The position numbers were made by a program, and so were the translations under genes. Source: an uncultured Alphaproteobacteria bacterium (GTDB taxonomy: Bacteria; Pseudomonadota; Alphaproteobacteria; UBA2966). From it: a DNA stretch of 64,000 nucleotides. The stretch spans positions 1,384,001 to 1,448,000 of the forward strand of contig OY282368.1 in NCBI GenBank assembly GCA_958295725.1, written 5' to 3'. The first letter of the stretch is position 1, and each line of letters starts with the position of its first letter. This document shows positions 43,255 to 53,236 of this stretch, piece after piece. The notes beneath the pieces are model-generated. The model did no database searches and had not been told where the DNA came from. It saw only the letters and a list, made by a program, of their open reading frames with translations.

Positions 43255-44262
43255 ATGGCCGGGAAAAGGTGCGGTGCGTTGAAGCGATACTCATGGCTTG
43301 TCGCCGTTCTGTGTCTCGGACTGTCGGTCGGCCACGTCCCGGCCGCGTGCGCCGAGGAGCGCGGTTTCGACGAGTGGCGCGAAGAGCTTCGCGCCGAAGC
43401 GCTCGCCCGAGGTATCCAGGCGGAAACGTTCGACACGGCCTTCGACGGCGTCGCACCGATACCGCGCGTTATCGAGCTGGACCGACGTCAGCCCGAGTTC
43501 ACGATGACCTTCGACGAATACATGTCCCGCGTTGTCAATCGGAAGCGAATCGACGAGGGGCGAGAAAAATTCGCCCGGAACCGGAATCTGTTGAACGAAA
43601 TCGGTGCGAAGTTCGGGGTGCAGCCGAGGTTCATCGTCGCACTCTGGGGTATCGAAACCGGTTTCGGCCGACATACCGGGGGATTCCCGGTTGTTGCCGC
43701 TCTCGCGACGCTGGCTTTCGATGGGCGAAGAAGTTCATTTTTCCGTAGAGAGTTACTGACATCACTTGAAATTCTCGATCAAGGCCATATACCGCCGGAA
43801 CGGATGAAGGGATCGTGGGCCGGAGCCATGGGCCAAAACCAGTTCATGCCCTCGTCCTTCGCGCGACATGCCATCGATTACGATGGTGACGGGCGTCGCG
43901 ACATCTGGATGAGCAAAGCCGATGTGTTCGCGTCGACAGCCAACTATCTGGCGGCGTCGGGATGGCGCGACGACATCACGTGGGGCAGGGGTGTCCGGCT
44001 GCCCCGGGACTTCGACCTCGGATTGACCGGACGAAAGATCAGGAAACGAATAGGCGAATGGCAGAAACTCGGGGTGCGTCGGCTCGACGGCAGCGACCTG
44101 CCCCGCCGCCAGTTGCGTTCCTCGATCGTTCTTCCGGACAAGCGAAAACGGGCGCCCGCGTTTCTGGTCTACGACAATTTCGAAGCGATACTCAAATGGA
44201 ACAGATCGGATTTCTTCGCCATCGCGGTAGGGTATCTTGCGGATCGCATCGGCACCCGATAA
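43255..44262 (+). CDS. Lytic murein transglycosylase (MltB family)
   Basis: FGVQPRFIVALWGIETGFG and GAMGQNQFMPSSF motifs. Signal peptide present. An alternative GTG start is at 43231. Confidence 0.85.
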   Translation: MAGKRCGALKRYSWLVAVLCLGLSVGHVPAACAEERGFDEWREELRAEALARGIQAETFDTAFDGVAPIPRVIELDRRQPEFTMTFDEYMSRVVNRKRIDEGREKFARNRNLLNEIGAKFGVQPRFIVALWGIETGFGRHTGGFPVVAALATLAFDGRRSSFFRRELLTSLEILDQGHIPPERMKGSWAGAMGQNQFMPSSFARHAIDYDGDGRRDIWMSKADVFASTANYLAASGWRDDITWGRGVRLPRDFDLGLTGRKIRKRIGEWQKLGVRRLDGSDLPRRQLRSSIVLPDKRKRAPAFLVYDNFEAILKWNRSDFFAIAVGYLADRIGTR

Positions 44263-44394
44263 AATATACAAGATGTTGGGGTCAATCTCGTAACGCACAC
44301 CTGAAGTAGGGGAATTATATACCTGTTTACCCAGAAAGTAGTTGATGGCGGACTGGCGTTTGGGTAAACTGCCTCCCGTAATCGAGGGAGCAAG

Positions 44395-45351
44395 ATGATG
44401 GCGCACAAGGCACCCGGCAAGCACTTCCGCAAGGGTCTCTCGCTGGTCGAGGTCACCCGCATGTTTCCCGACGACGCGGCGGCCGAACGCTGGTTCGTCG
44501 AAGCCCGTTGGCCCGAAGGCGTCCATTGCCCCAAGTGCGGCTCGGTGAACGTCCAGGAGCGCCCGACGCGCAAGCCGCAACCCTACCGTTGCCGGGATTG
44601 CCGCAAGGATTTCTCGGTCAAGACGGATACCCTCATGCACAACTCGAAGCTCGGGTTTCAGGTCTGGGGAATCGCCATCTACCTGCTTGCCACGAACCTG
44701 AAAAGCGTGTCGAGCATGAAGCTCCATCGCGACCTTTCGATCACGCAGAAGAGCGCCTGGCACTTGGCGCATCGTATCCGTGAGACGTGGCAAGACGAAG
44801 CCGGGCCGTTCGCGGGGCCGGTCGAGGTCGACGAAACGTTCATGGGCGGCAAGCGCCGCAACATGCCGAAGGCCAAGCGGGCGAAACTCGAAGGGCGCGG
44901 CGCCGTGGGCAAGGCCGCCGTCGCGGGCGCGAAGGACCGGGCCACGAACCGGGTGAGCGCGAAGGTCATGCCGGCAACCGACGCTCCCGCCCTGCAAGGC
45001 TTCGTTCGAGAGCGCGCGGCGCGGGGCGCAACCGTCTACACCGACGATGCGGCGGCCTATGCGAGCTTGCCGGACATGTTCAACGACTATCGGCATGGCA
45101 CCGTGCGCCACAGCGTCGGCGAATACGTCCGGGGCGTGTTGCACACCAACGGCATCGAATCGTTCTGGTCGATGCTCAAGCGGGCGCATAAGGGGACGCT
45201 CCACAAGATCGACGAGAAGCACCTTGGCCGCTATGTCAACGAGCTCGCGGGCCGTCACAACGACCGCGAAGCCGATACCGTGGAGCAGATGCGAGCTATC
45301 GCGGGCGCGCTGAACGGCAAACGGCTTCCCTACCGGGTGCTCGCGGCATGA
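44395..45351 (+). CDS. IS1595-family transposase (ISXO2-like, N-terminal zinc ribbon plus DDE domain)
   Basis: ERWFVEARWPEGVHCPKCGS...YRCRDCRKDFSVKTDT zinc ribbon. VEVDETFMGGK and TNGIESFWSMLKR motifs. Confidence 0.85.
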   Translation: MMAHKAPGKHFRKGLSLVEVTRMFPDDAAAERWFVEARWPEGVHCPKCGSVNVQERPTRKPQPYRCRDCRKDFSVKTDTLMHNSKLGFQVWGIAIYLLATNLKSVSSMKLHRDLSITQKSAWHLAHRIRETWQDEAGPFAGPVEVDETFMGGKRRNMPKAKRAKLEGRGAVGKAAVAGAKDRATNRVSAKVMPATDAPALQGFVRERAARGATVYTDDAAAYASLPDMFNDYRHGTVRHSVGEYVRGVLHTNGIESFWSMLKRAHKGTLHKIDEKHLGRYVNELAGRHNDREADTVEQMRAIAGALNGKRLPYRVLAA

Positions 45352-46694
45352 CCGAGCAACTGAACCTGTTCAACGGGCAGCGGCGCTGTATCGATTGCGG
45401 CGTGGACATAAGCGCGCGGCATCACAACGCGAAGCGGTGTGAAGAGCACTCGGCGCAGCGCCGGAGGAGGCTTCATCAAGCGGCTTGCCGACGGCTGGTA
45501 GAGAGGAAGCGGCGCGCGTTGGGAAAACCGTCGCTGGCAGAAAAGGTGACCCGAGCGTGCCGCATCGCCGATTGCGGGCGGCCCCACTGCGCCCGCGGGT
45601 TGTGTTCTGCGCATCTTTCGAGGCTCATGAAGCATGGCAACCCACGGGCGGATACTCCGATTCGAGGACGCGGCCAGAGCGATCGTCCGTGCGCCGGGCC
45701 GCGATGTGATCGTTTGGCGAGTAGTCGCGGCCTGTGTAATGGGCACTACGAACAATGGCGGCGCACTGGGCGAACCTGGGTGTTGGCAAGGCGGTCGGGT
45801 GCGGATGCAAAGTGCTCGGCGACGATTGGCGGACGATCTTGCCCATACCGCCCGAAGGGCGGCCGCGACCTCTGCAACTTGCATGTCAAGCGCGCCGCGT
45901 GCGGTGCGCCGATGGATGCGCCGTTGGGGGCGGTGACGCTTCCCGCGCGTGCGTGTGTGCGGTGCGGGGAGGAGTTCCGGCCGAACAACGGCAAGAGGCG
46001 CTATTGCGGCGACGATTGCAGGCGGGCGACGCAAAGCGCAGCGAAGCGAAAGCCACCACGAACCGTCGCCTGCGCGCAGTGCCGGGCGATCTTCGAGACG
46101 ACTTATGTCCGGACGCGCAACTACTGCTCGCGGAGTTGTCGGTTATTGGCGGAGAATGAGCGGAGCAGGGAAAAGCGGCGCGCCGACCCGGGCCGATATC
46201 GTAAACGGCATCCGAAAATGTGTGTGCGCCAGTGTGGCAAGCAAGCGAAAATTGGCGACCTGTGTACGCTGCATTACAGGCTCGCCACGAAAGGAGAAAG
46301 TTATTACGAGGCGAAGCATGTTCGGCGGCCAGTGGGAAGCACTCGCCTTAACGCCGATGGCTATGTCGATGTCAAGGTGGGCAAGCGGCGCTGGATGAAG
46401 TTGCACCGGCACGTTATGGAACAGCATCTCGGCCGTGCGCTGCGGTGGGGTGAGGAAGTCCACCACAAGAACGGCGACACGCAAGACAACCGGATCGAGA
46501 ACCTGGAGCTATGGAGTTCGTCGCAACCCGCTGGCCAACGCATCTCGGACAAATTGACGTGGGCGCGTGAAATAATCTTGACCTACGGGGGAGAGAAGCA
46601 TGACGGAGAAATCGAGGAGGGGCGAAATCCCGGCGATCCCGGACACGCCGGAGAACATCGCGCGGGCGATCATGCAGGGGCCGCCCAAGGCTGA
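45348..46694 (+). CDS. HNH endonuclease with Cys-rich N-terminal repeats (passenger gene of the IS)
   Basis: HRHVMEQHLGRALRWGEEVHHKNGDTQDNRIENLELW HNH motif. At least 6 C-x2-C / GLC-x2-H-like modules upstream. ATGA overlap with the transposase stop. Confidence 0.75.
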   Translation: MTEQLNLFNGQRRCIDCGVDISARHHNAKRCEEHSAQRRRRLHQAACRRLVERKRRALGKPSLAEKVTRACRIADCGRPHCARGLCSAHLSRLMKHGNPRADTPIRGRGQSDRPCAGPRCDRLASSRGLCNGHYEQWRRTGRTWVLARRSGADAKCSATIGGRSCPYRPKGGRDLCNLHVKRAACGAPMDAPLGAVTLPARACVRCGEEFRPNNGKRRYCGDDCRRATQSAAKRKPPRTVACAQCRAIFETTYVRTRNYCSRSCRLLAENERSREKRRADPGRYRKRHPKMCVRQCGKQAKIGDLCTLHYRLATKGESYYEAKHVRRPVGSTRLNADGYVDVKVGKRRWMKLHRHVMEQHLGRALRWGEEVHHKNGDTQDNRIENLELWSSSQPAGQRISDKLTWAREIILTYGGEKHDGEIEEGRNPGDPGHAGEHRAGDHAGAAQG

Positions 46695-46746
46695 ATGGGA
46701 CTACCTGAGGCGCGATCAGGATCCCGGAGACGACGATGAAGAATGA
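46600..46746 (+). CDS. Small ORF (48 aa) inside the IS right end, overlapping the 3' end of the HNH ORF
   Basis: GGGGGAGAGAAG RBS then ATG 46600. Encodes MTEKSRRGEIPAIPDTPENIARAIMQGPPKAEWDYLRRDQDPGDDDEE. Not in the supplied ORF track (under 60 aa). Confidence 0.3.
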   Translation: MTEKSRRGEIPAIPDTPENIARAIMQGPPKAEWDYLRRDQDPGDDDEE

Positions 46747-46786
46747 GCGGCTTGGGTAAACAGATATATAATCCCCTGAAATAGCC

Positions 46787-47758
46787 ATGCGCCCGGTCGG
46801 CGGTCCTTCCATATCCAGGTTCGGTGTCTGCATCGCCACCGCGCTCCTGGTGGTGGCGACGGCATGCACTCCGACGCGTCTCGTCGTTCACGCGGCCAAG
46901 GAAGCCATCCGAATCACGGAAGGGAACAAGACGGAAGCGGAAGCCGCCACGCGGCCGCAACGCGCGGCCGTGATTCCTTCGACCCAGGGGACGTACAAGG
47001 TGGGCGATCCTTACGAGATCGACGGCGTCTGGTACTACCCGAAGGAGGATCCAGACTACCTCCAGACCGGAATCGCGTCCTGGTACGGTAAGCCGTTTCA
47101 CGGTCAGTTGACGGCGAACGGCGAGATTTACGACATGAATAGCCTCACCGCCGCCCACAAGACGCTGCCGATGCCGACCTACGCGCGCGTGACGAACCTT
47201 GAGAACGCGCGGGTGATCACCGTCCGCATCAACGACCGGGGCCCGTTCGTGCATGGCCGGATCATCGATCTTTCGCGGCGGGCCGCCCAGCTTCTCGGTT
47301 TCGAGGAACAGGGCGTCGCGCGCGTGCGGGTCGAAGTGGCACCGCCGCCGGACGAAATCGAGATCGCGGAGAAACCGGTCACGCCGGATCGGGACAGATT
47401 CGCGGTGAAGGCGGCGCCCGTGGCCGCTGTGCGGGCCACTCATCTGCCGCCGCCGACGGGGATCGCCGCGGCCCCGCCACCGGAGATCCCCCCCTCCACC
47501 GACGGCGCGGAGGCCACGAAACCCCAACCTACGGAGCTTTACGTGCAGGCGGGGGCGTTCTCCTTCCTTGAGAACGCGGAGCGTCTTCGGGAACGTCTCG
47601 CCGGTCTCGCCGAGGCCTCGGTCACGCCGACGCGAGTCGAGGGACGAGAGCTGTTTCAAGTTCGCATCGGGCCGATCGCCAACCTCGAGCAGGCGGACGA
47701 AACCCTCGGGCGTCTGATCGATAACGGACACGTCGACGCCACCATCGTCGTCGATTGA
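46787..47758 (+). CDS. rlpA: Septal ring lytic transglycosylase RlpA (DPBB plus SPOR domains)
   Basis: GIASWYGKPFHGQLTANGEIYDMNSLTAAHKTLPMPTYARVTNLENARVITVRINDRGPF. C-terminal SPOR-like YVQAGAFSFLENAERL. Confidence 0.85.
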   Translation: MRPVGGPSISRFGVCIATALLVVATACTPTRLVVHAAKEAIRITEGNKTEAEAATRPQRAAVIPSTQGTYKVGDPYEIDGVWYYPKEDPDYLQTGIASWYGKPFHGQLTANGEIYDMNSLTAAHKTLPMPTYARVTNLENARVITVRINDRGPFVHGRIIDLSRRAAQLLGFEEQGVARVRVEVAPPPDEIEIAEKPVTPDRDRFAVKAAPVAAVRATHLPPPTGIAAAPPPEIPPSTDGAEATKPQPTELYVQAGAFSFLENAERLRERLAGLAEASVTPTRVEGRELFQVRIGPIANLEQADETLGRLIDNGHVDATIVVD

Positions 47759-47834
47759 TGGCGCGCCGGTTCGCCTCCATGCTGCCGGTGGATTATGCTC
47801 GAGCGGACGTAACGTGGGAAAGGAGGTCCCTTCA

Positions 47835-48995
47835 ATGAGGCGCGGGGCCGGTCGCTTCTCCGAAATTCGGATGATACTACCGCCGCTCGCCCTGGCGATC
47901 GGCCTCGCCGTGTCGCAACCGGCGGCGGCGATGGAAACCGCCGCCAAATTCGCCATCCTCCTGGACTACGAGACGGGCGCCGTACTCCTCGAGAAGAACG
48001 CGGACGGACCCACGGCCCCGGCGTCGATGAGCAAGCTGATGACGCTCTACATGGTCTTCGAGCGTCTCAAGTCCGGCAATCTCCGGCTGGAGGACACCTT
48101 TCCGGTAAGCGAGACGGCGTGGCGAATGGGCGGTTCGAAGATGTTCGTCGGCGTCAACACGCGCGTCAAGCTCGAAGACCTGCTGCGCGGCATCGTGGTG
48201 CAGTCGGGCAACGACGCATGTATCGTCGTGGCTGAAGGACTGGCCCGTAACGAGGCCGCGTTCGCGGAAGAGATGACCCGACGGGCCCGCGAGATCGGCC
48301 TCACCGCCAGCACGTTCACGAACTCGACCGGCTGGCCTGAGGCCGGCCATCAGATGTCTGTCCGCGACATAGCGAAGCTATCGGCCATCATCATCAGGGA
48401 GTTCCCGGAGTATTACCCGCTGTTCGCGGAAAAGACCTACATCTACAACGATATCAAGCAGGGAAACCGGAATCCCCTTCTTTACGGATACGACGGTGCG
48501 GACGGTCTCAAAACCGGCCACACCACGGCTTCGGGGTACGGAATCGCCGCTTCGGTCAACAGGCAAGACCGCCGGTTGATCCTCGTGGTCAACGGGCTCG
48601 CCAGCTCGAAACAGCGCGCCCGGGAGACGGAGCGACTGCTGGATTGGGCCTACCGGGAGTTCGGCAACTTCAGGCTGTTCAGCGCTGGAGAAACGGTGGA
48701 CAACGCCGCGGTCTGGCTCGGAGAGGAGGCGGCAGTGCCGCTCGTCGTCGAAAACCAGGTGACTCTCACCCTGTCACGCCAGGCCCGGCGTAAGATGAAA
48801 GTGAAGGTCGGCTACGACAGCCCCATCGCGGCGCCCATCCGGTCCGGCCAGGAGCTGGCTACGCTCACGATCTCGACCCCCGACACCGAGATCGTGCGGA
48901 TCCCGCTCGTCGCCGGAAAAGACGTCCCCGGACTGGGAATGTTCGAACGCCTGGGCGCCACCATCGGATATCTGATATGGGGCGCGGCGGAGTAG
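47835..48995 (+). CDS. D-alanyl-D-alanine carboxypeptidase (PBP5/6 family serine hydrolase)
   Basis: SMSK (S-x-x-K), SGN and KTG motifs. Signal peptide present. An alternative GTG start is at 47814. Confidence 0.85.
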   Translation: MRRGAGRFSEIRMILPPLALAIGLAVSQPAAAMETAAKFAILLDYETGAVLLEKNADGPTAPASMSKLMTLYMVFERLKSGNLRLEDTFPVSETAWRMGGSKMFVGVNTRVKLEDLLRGIVVQSGNDACIVVAEGLARNEAAFAEEMTRRAREIGLTASTFTNSTGWPEAGHQMSVRDIAKLSAIIIREFPEYYPLFAEKTYIYNDIKQGNRNPLLYGYDGADGLKTGHTTASGYGIAASVNRQDRRLILVVNGLASSKQRARETERLLDWAYREFGNFRLFSAGETVDNAAVWLGEEAAVPLVVENQVTLTLSRQARRKMKVKVGYDSPIAAPIRSGQELATLTISTPDTEIVRIPLVAGKDVPGLGMFERLGATIGYLIWGAAE

Positions 48996-49052
48996 GGGGG
49001 TGGTCGGCGGCGAAGGCGATGTCACTCCCGGTCGCCGCAGCCGATCGTTGAC

Positions 49053-49682
49053 ATGACCCACGGTCGTTTCATTTCGTTCGAAGGCGGCGAGGGCGGCGGT
49101 AAAAGTACCCAGGTCCGGCGCCTGACGGAAGCGCTGGAGGACAAGGGCATTCCATGTCTCGCTACCCGTGAACCGGGAGGCTCCCCAGGGGCCGAAAGCA
49201 TCCGCGAGCTACTTGTCCGCGGCGAGATCGGCCGCTGGGATCCCATGACCGAGACCTTGCTCCATTTCGCGGCGCGGCGCGACCATGTGGCGACGGTCAT
49301 CGAGCCTGCGCTCGGCGAGGGAACCTGGGTCGTCTGCGACCGATATACGGATTCGACCATCGCCTATCAGGGATACGGGCAGGGCGTGGATATCTCGATC
49401 ATCGAGGATATGCACCGTAAGACCGTGGGGAACCTTTGGCCGGACGCGACCATCGTCCTGGACATCGCGGTTTTCCAGGGACTCGACAGAATAGCCAACC
49501 GTGGAAACGGCAGGCATCGCTACGAGGAAATGGGGATCGACTTTCACGAAAGATCGCGCGAGGGATTTCTCGAGATCGCGAAGCGGAACGGCGAGCGATG
49601 CGTCGTCGTCGACGCGGACCGATCCGCCGACTCCGTTCACGACGCCGTCATGACGTTTATCGCGCGCCGGTTCGGAGTGTAG
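49053..49682 (+). CDS. tmk: dTMP (thymidylate) kinase
   Basis: FISFEGGEGGGKSTQ P-loop and DRYTDSTIAYQGYG motif. Confidence 0.9.
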   Translation: MTHGRFISFEGGEGGGKSTQVRRLTEALEDKGIPCLATREPGGSPGAESIRELLVRGEIGRWDPMTETLLHFAARRDHVATVIEPALGEGTWVVCDRYTDSTIAYQGYGQGVDISIIEDMHRKTVGNLWPDATIVLDIAVFQGLDRIANRGNGRHRYEEMGIDFHERSREGFLEIAKRNGERCVVVDADRSADSVHDAVMTFIARRFGV

Positions 49683-49684
49683 CC

Positions 49685-50770
49685 ATGGTGGCCGATGGCG
49701 CTGGCGGCAATGTCATGGATCCACGTGAAAATCCGGATCTGCTCGGCCATGCTGAGGCGGAGTCGGAATTGCTCTCGGCCTGGAACGGGGACCGTTTCGC
49801 CCATTCCTGGCTGATCACTGGCCCGAGAGGCGTTGGCAAGGCGACTCTCGCCTATCGACTCGCGCGCTTCGTCCTCGCCGACGGCGGGGAAGGGCCGTTC
49901 CGAGAGTCGGACAGCCTGGCGGTCGGGCAGGAAGACCCGGTGTTTCGCCGGGTCGCTTCCCGCGCGCACGCCGATCTCAGGGTGGTGGAGCGTGGCTTCG
50001 ACATCCAACGCAACCGACGGCGCGAGGAAATCGTAGTGGACGACGTGCGCGACCTCGTTTCGTTCTTCGCCATGACGGCCGCGGAAGGGAGGTGGCGTGT
50101 AGCCATCGTCGACGCGGCGGACGAGATGAACCGGAACGCGGCAAACGCACTGCTCAAGACGCTTGAAGAACCGCCCACCCACGGCCTGGTGATCATGGTC
50201 GCGCACATCCCGGGCCGCGTACCAGCGACATTGCGGTCTCGCTGCCGCCGCCTTTCATTGCGTGGGCTCGCCCCGGAGCTCGTCGGCCGGATCATGGCGG
50301 AGCGGAGGCCGGATATCACCGCCGACAGGCGCGCGGCGATCGGACGATTGGTGGACGGAAGTCCGGGCCGGGCGCTCGCGCTGGTCGATACGGATGGCTT
50401 GACGCTTTACGAAGAACTCGTCGCGTTGATCTCGGATCTTCCCGCCGTCGACATGCTCGCCGTCCATCGCCTGGGAGATCGCGTCGGTAAGCGGGACGGT
50501 GGTGATGCCTTTCGCCTGATCGCCGGCTTGCTACCGCGTTGGCTCGAGGGTATGGTCCGCGGGGGCGTGACGGGAACTTTCCCCGAGCCCGTCGTGCCCG
50601 GCGAGAACGAGGTCATGGCGCGCCTCGCCCGAACCGGCGGCCTTGAACGCTGGTGCGAGGTATGGGAAAACGTGCGCGACCTGTTTTTCGCGGCGGACGC
50701 CTTCAACCTCGACCGGAAGCAGGTGTTGCTGAACGTCTTTTCCGCCCTGCGGGCGGCATCCCGCGCATGA
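49685..50770 (+). CDS. holB: DNA polymerase III subunit delta prime
   Basis: HSWLITGPRGVGKATLAYRLARFVL, NALLKTLEEPP and RSRCRRLSL motifs. tmk-holB-metG synteny. Confidence 0.85.
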   Translation: MVADGAGGNVMDPRENPDLLGHAEAESELLSAWNGDRFAHSWLITGPRGVGKATLAYRLARFVLADGGEGPFRESDSLAVGQEDPVFRRVASRAHADLRVVERGFDIQRNRRREEIVVDDVRDLVSFFAMTAAEGRWRVAIVDAADEMNRNAANALLKTLEEPPTHGLVIMVAHIPGRVPATLRSRCRRLSLRGLAPELVGRIMAERRPDITADRRAAIGRLVDGSPGRALALVDTDGLTLYEELVALISDLPAVDMLAVHRLGDRVGKRDGGDAFRLIAGLLPRWLEGMVRGGVTGTFPEPVVPGENEVMARLARTGGLERWCEVWENVRDLFFAADAFNLDRKQVLLNVFSALRAASRA

Positions 50771-50810
50771 TTTCGCCGGGCGGGCGGCGTCATGAACGGA
50801 CCGTGGTTCG

Positions 50811-52355
50811 ATGTCGCTTGACACCCGTTACTACATCACGACGCCGATCTACTATGTAAACGACGTGCCGCACATCGGCCACGCCTACACGACGCTGGCG
50901 TGCGACGTGCTGGCCCGCTTCAAGCGACTCGACGGTTACGACGTGATGTTCCTCACCGGCACCGACGAGCACGGCCAAAAAGTCGAGAAATCGGCGAAGG
51001 ACGCGAACCTCGATCCTCGGACCTTCGTCGATGACGTGTCCAGGAACTTCCACGATCTCGCCGGACCGATGGGATACTCCAACGACGACTTCATTCGCAC
51101 GACCGAGGCCAGACACGCTCGGTCGAGCCAGGCGATCTGGCGAGCCATCGAGCGTAACGGCGACATTTACCTCGGGACGTACTCGGGCTGGTACTCGGTC
51201 CGCGACGAAGCCTTCTACGGCGAGGAAGAGCTGACGGACGGGCCGGACGGCGCGCGTCTCGCGCCCACGGGCGCGGAGGTCGAGTGGATCGAGGAACCGA
51301 GTTACTTCTTCAAACTTTCGGAGTGGGGAGACCGCCTGCTCGAGTTCTACGACGCACATCCCGATTTCATTCTGCCCGAGACCCGGCGCAACGAAGTCGT
51401 CAGCTTCGTCAGGAGCGGCTTGCGCGATCTCTCGATCTCGCGGACGAGCTTCAGATGGGGCATCCCCGTGCCGGGCAATGACGATCACATCATGTATGTC
51501 TGGCTCGACGCGTTGACCAACTACATCACGGCGGTGGGATACCCCGACGTCGAGTCGGAGTCCTTCGCCAGGTACTGGCCCGCCGACATCCATATGGTGG
51601 GTAAGGACATCGTCCGGTTCCACGCCGTCTATTGGCCGGCCTTTCTGATGTCCGCCGGCTTGCCGCCGCCGAAACGTGTCTTCGCTCACGGCTGGTGGAC
51701 CAATGAAGGCGAAAAGATCTCGAAGTCGCTCGGCAATGTGATCGACCCGTTGCGGCTCGTCGAGCGCTACGGTCTCGATCCGGTGCGCTATTTCTTGATG
51801 CGCGAGGTGCCCTTCGGCAACGACGGCGACTTCTCACATCGCGCCATGATCAATCGGCTCAACGGAGACCTGGCCAACGACCTCGGGAACCTCGCCCAGC
51901 GCGTGCTGTCCATGATCAACCGGAACTGCTCGGCGTCCGTTCCAAGGCCCGGCCAACTGCATGACGACGACCGCGGGTTTCTGGACGGCGCTTACGACCT
52001 GATCAACACTGTCCGGGCGGAGATGGACGTCCAAGGTATTCATCGAGCACTCGAAGCGATCTGGAGAGTCGTTGGCGCCGCCAACCGTTATGTCGACGCG
52101 CAGGCTCCGTGGGAACTCCGGAAACGAGACCCGGAACGCATGAACACCGTGCTCTACGTGGCGGCCGAGGCGCTTCGGCATCTGGCGATCCTTCTGCAAC
52201 CGATCATGCCGAGTTCCGCCTCGAAGCTGCTCGACCAGCTGAACCAGCCGGAGGATGCGCGCGATTTCGTACGATTGGGGGAGGGCGGCGCTCTCCAACC
52301 CGGTCTCCCGCTGCCCGGACCGGAAGCCGTGTTCCCCCGGTACGTCAGCGAATGA
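50811..52355 (+). CDS. metG: Methionine--tRNA ligase
   Basis: YYITTPIYYVNDVPHIGHAYT (HIGH) and KISKSLGN (KMSKS) motifs. Confidence 0.9.
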   Translation: MSLDTRYYITTPIYYVNDVPHIGHAYTTLACDVLARFKRLDGYDVMFLTGTDEHGQKVEKSAKDANLDPRTFVDDVSRNFHDLAGPMGYSNDDFIRTTEARHARSSQAIWRAIERNGDIYLGTYSGWYSVRDEAFYGEEELTDGPDGARLAPTGAEVEWIEEPSYFFKLSEWGDRLLEFYDAHPDFILPETRRNEVVSFVRSGLRDLSISRTSFRWGIPVPGNDDHIMYVWLDALTNYITAVGYPDVESESFARYWPADIHMVGKDIVRFHAVYWPAFLMSAGLPPPKRVFAHGWWTNEGEKISKSLGNVIDPLRLVERYGLDPVRYFLMREVPFGNDGDFSHRAMINRLNGDLANDLGNLAQRVLSMINRNCSASVPRPGQLHDDDRGFLDGAYDLINTVRAEMDVQGIHRALEAIWRVVGAANRYVDAQAPWELRKRDPERMNTVLYVAAEALRHLAILLQPIMPSSASKLLDQLNQPEDARDFVRLGEGGALQPGLPLPGPEAVFPRYVSE

Positions 52356-52420
52356 GGGTTCCATGACCACGACGTGACGAACCGCACGTCAAGGAAAATG
52401 CCCGACCGCGGATAATCGTC

Positions 52421-53236
52421 ATGCTTGTCGACAGCCACTGCCATCTCGATTACGGCGCTCTGAGCGAGGAACTCGACGCGGTCTTGGCGCGTGCCCGGCT
52501 GGCCGGGGTCGGCGCCTTTCTGACGATTTCCACCCGCCTCGACCGATTCCCCGGCGTGCTGGCGATCGCCGAACGATGCAAAGACGTCTGGTGCTCCGTC
52601 GGCGTCCATCCGCACGAGGCGGGCTCGGAACCGGACGTAACCACGCGGAGACTGATCGAACTCGGCAGTCACCCGAAGGTCGTCGGGATCGGCGAAACCG
52701 GGCTCGATTACCACTACGAGCACAGTCCGCGCGACATCCAGCAACGATCGTTCCGTACCCACATCGCCGCCGCGCGCGAAACCGGCCTGCCGATCATCGT
52801 CCATTCGCGCAACGCCGAGGCGGATACGGCGCGAATCCTTATCGACGAATATCGCGACGGCGCCTACAATGGATTGCTGCATTGCTTCAGCGCGACACGG
52901 CAACTTGCTGAAAAGACGTTGAAAATAGACTTTCGAATTTCCTTTTCCGGAATCGTGACATTCAAGAATGCCGAAGAGGTGAGAGAGGTGGCCAGGACCG
53001 TAGTACCTTTGGACAGGCTTCTCGTGGAGACCGATTCTCCCTTTCTGGCGCCGGTTCCGCATCGGGGCAAGACGAACGAGCCCGCTTACGTCGCGCATAC
53101 GGCCGGCAAGGTGGCGGAATTGAGAGGAATGCCGGTCTCGGAGCTCGCCGAGGCGACGACCACGAATTTCTTCGGCCTGTTCACAAAGGCCAGACGGTCT
53201 GATCAACAGACGAATTATCCCAATGATTTGAAATAA
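52421..53236 (+). CDS. TatD family metal-dependent hydrolase
   Basis: MLVDSHCHLD, IGETGLDYHY, VHSRNAE and LLVETDSPFLAP motifs. Confidence 0.9.
   Translation: MLVDSHCHLDYGALSEELDAVLARARLAGVGAFLTISTRLDRFPGVLAIAERCKDVWCSVGVHPHEAGSEPDVTTRRLIELGSHPKVVGIGETGLDYHYEHSPRDIQQRSFRTHIAAARETGLPIIVHSRNAEADTARILIDEYRDGAYNGLLHCFSATRQLAEKTLKIDFRISFSGIVTFKNAEEVREVARTVVPLDRLLVETDSPFLAPVPHRGKTNEPAYVAHTAGKVAELRGMPVSELAEATTTNFFGLFTKARRSDQQTNYPNDLK

Larger units (their letters stand above)
44309..46776 (+). mobile_element. IS1595-family element (2.47 kb) carrying a passenger HNH endonuclease gene
   Basis: Terminal IRs are GGGGAATTATATACCTGTTTACCC (44309-44332) and GGGTAAACAGATATATAATCCCC (46754-46776), with 1 gap and 1 mismatch. 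Flanks CTGAAGTA / CTGAAATA look like an 8-bp target duplication (7/8). The element interrupts the mltB-rlpA intergenic region. Confidence 0.8.
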
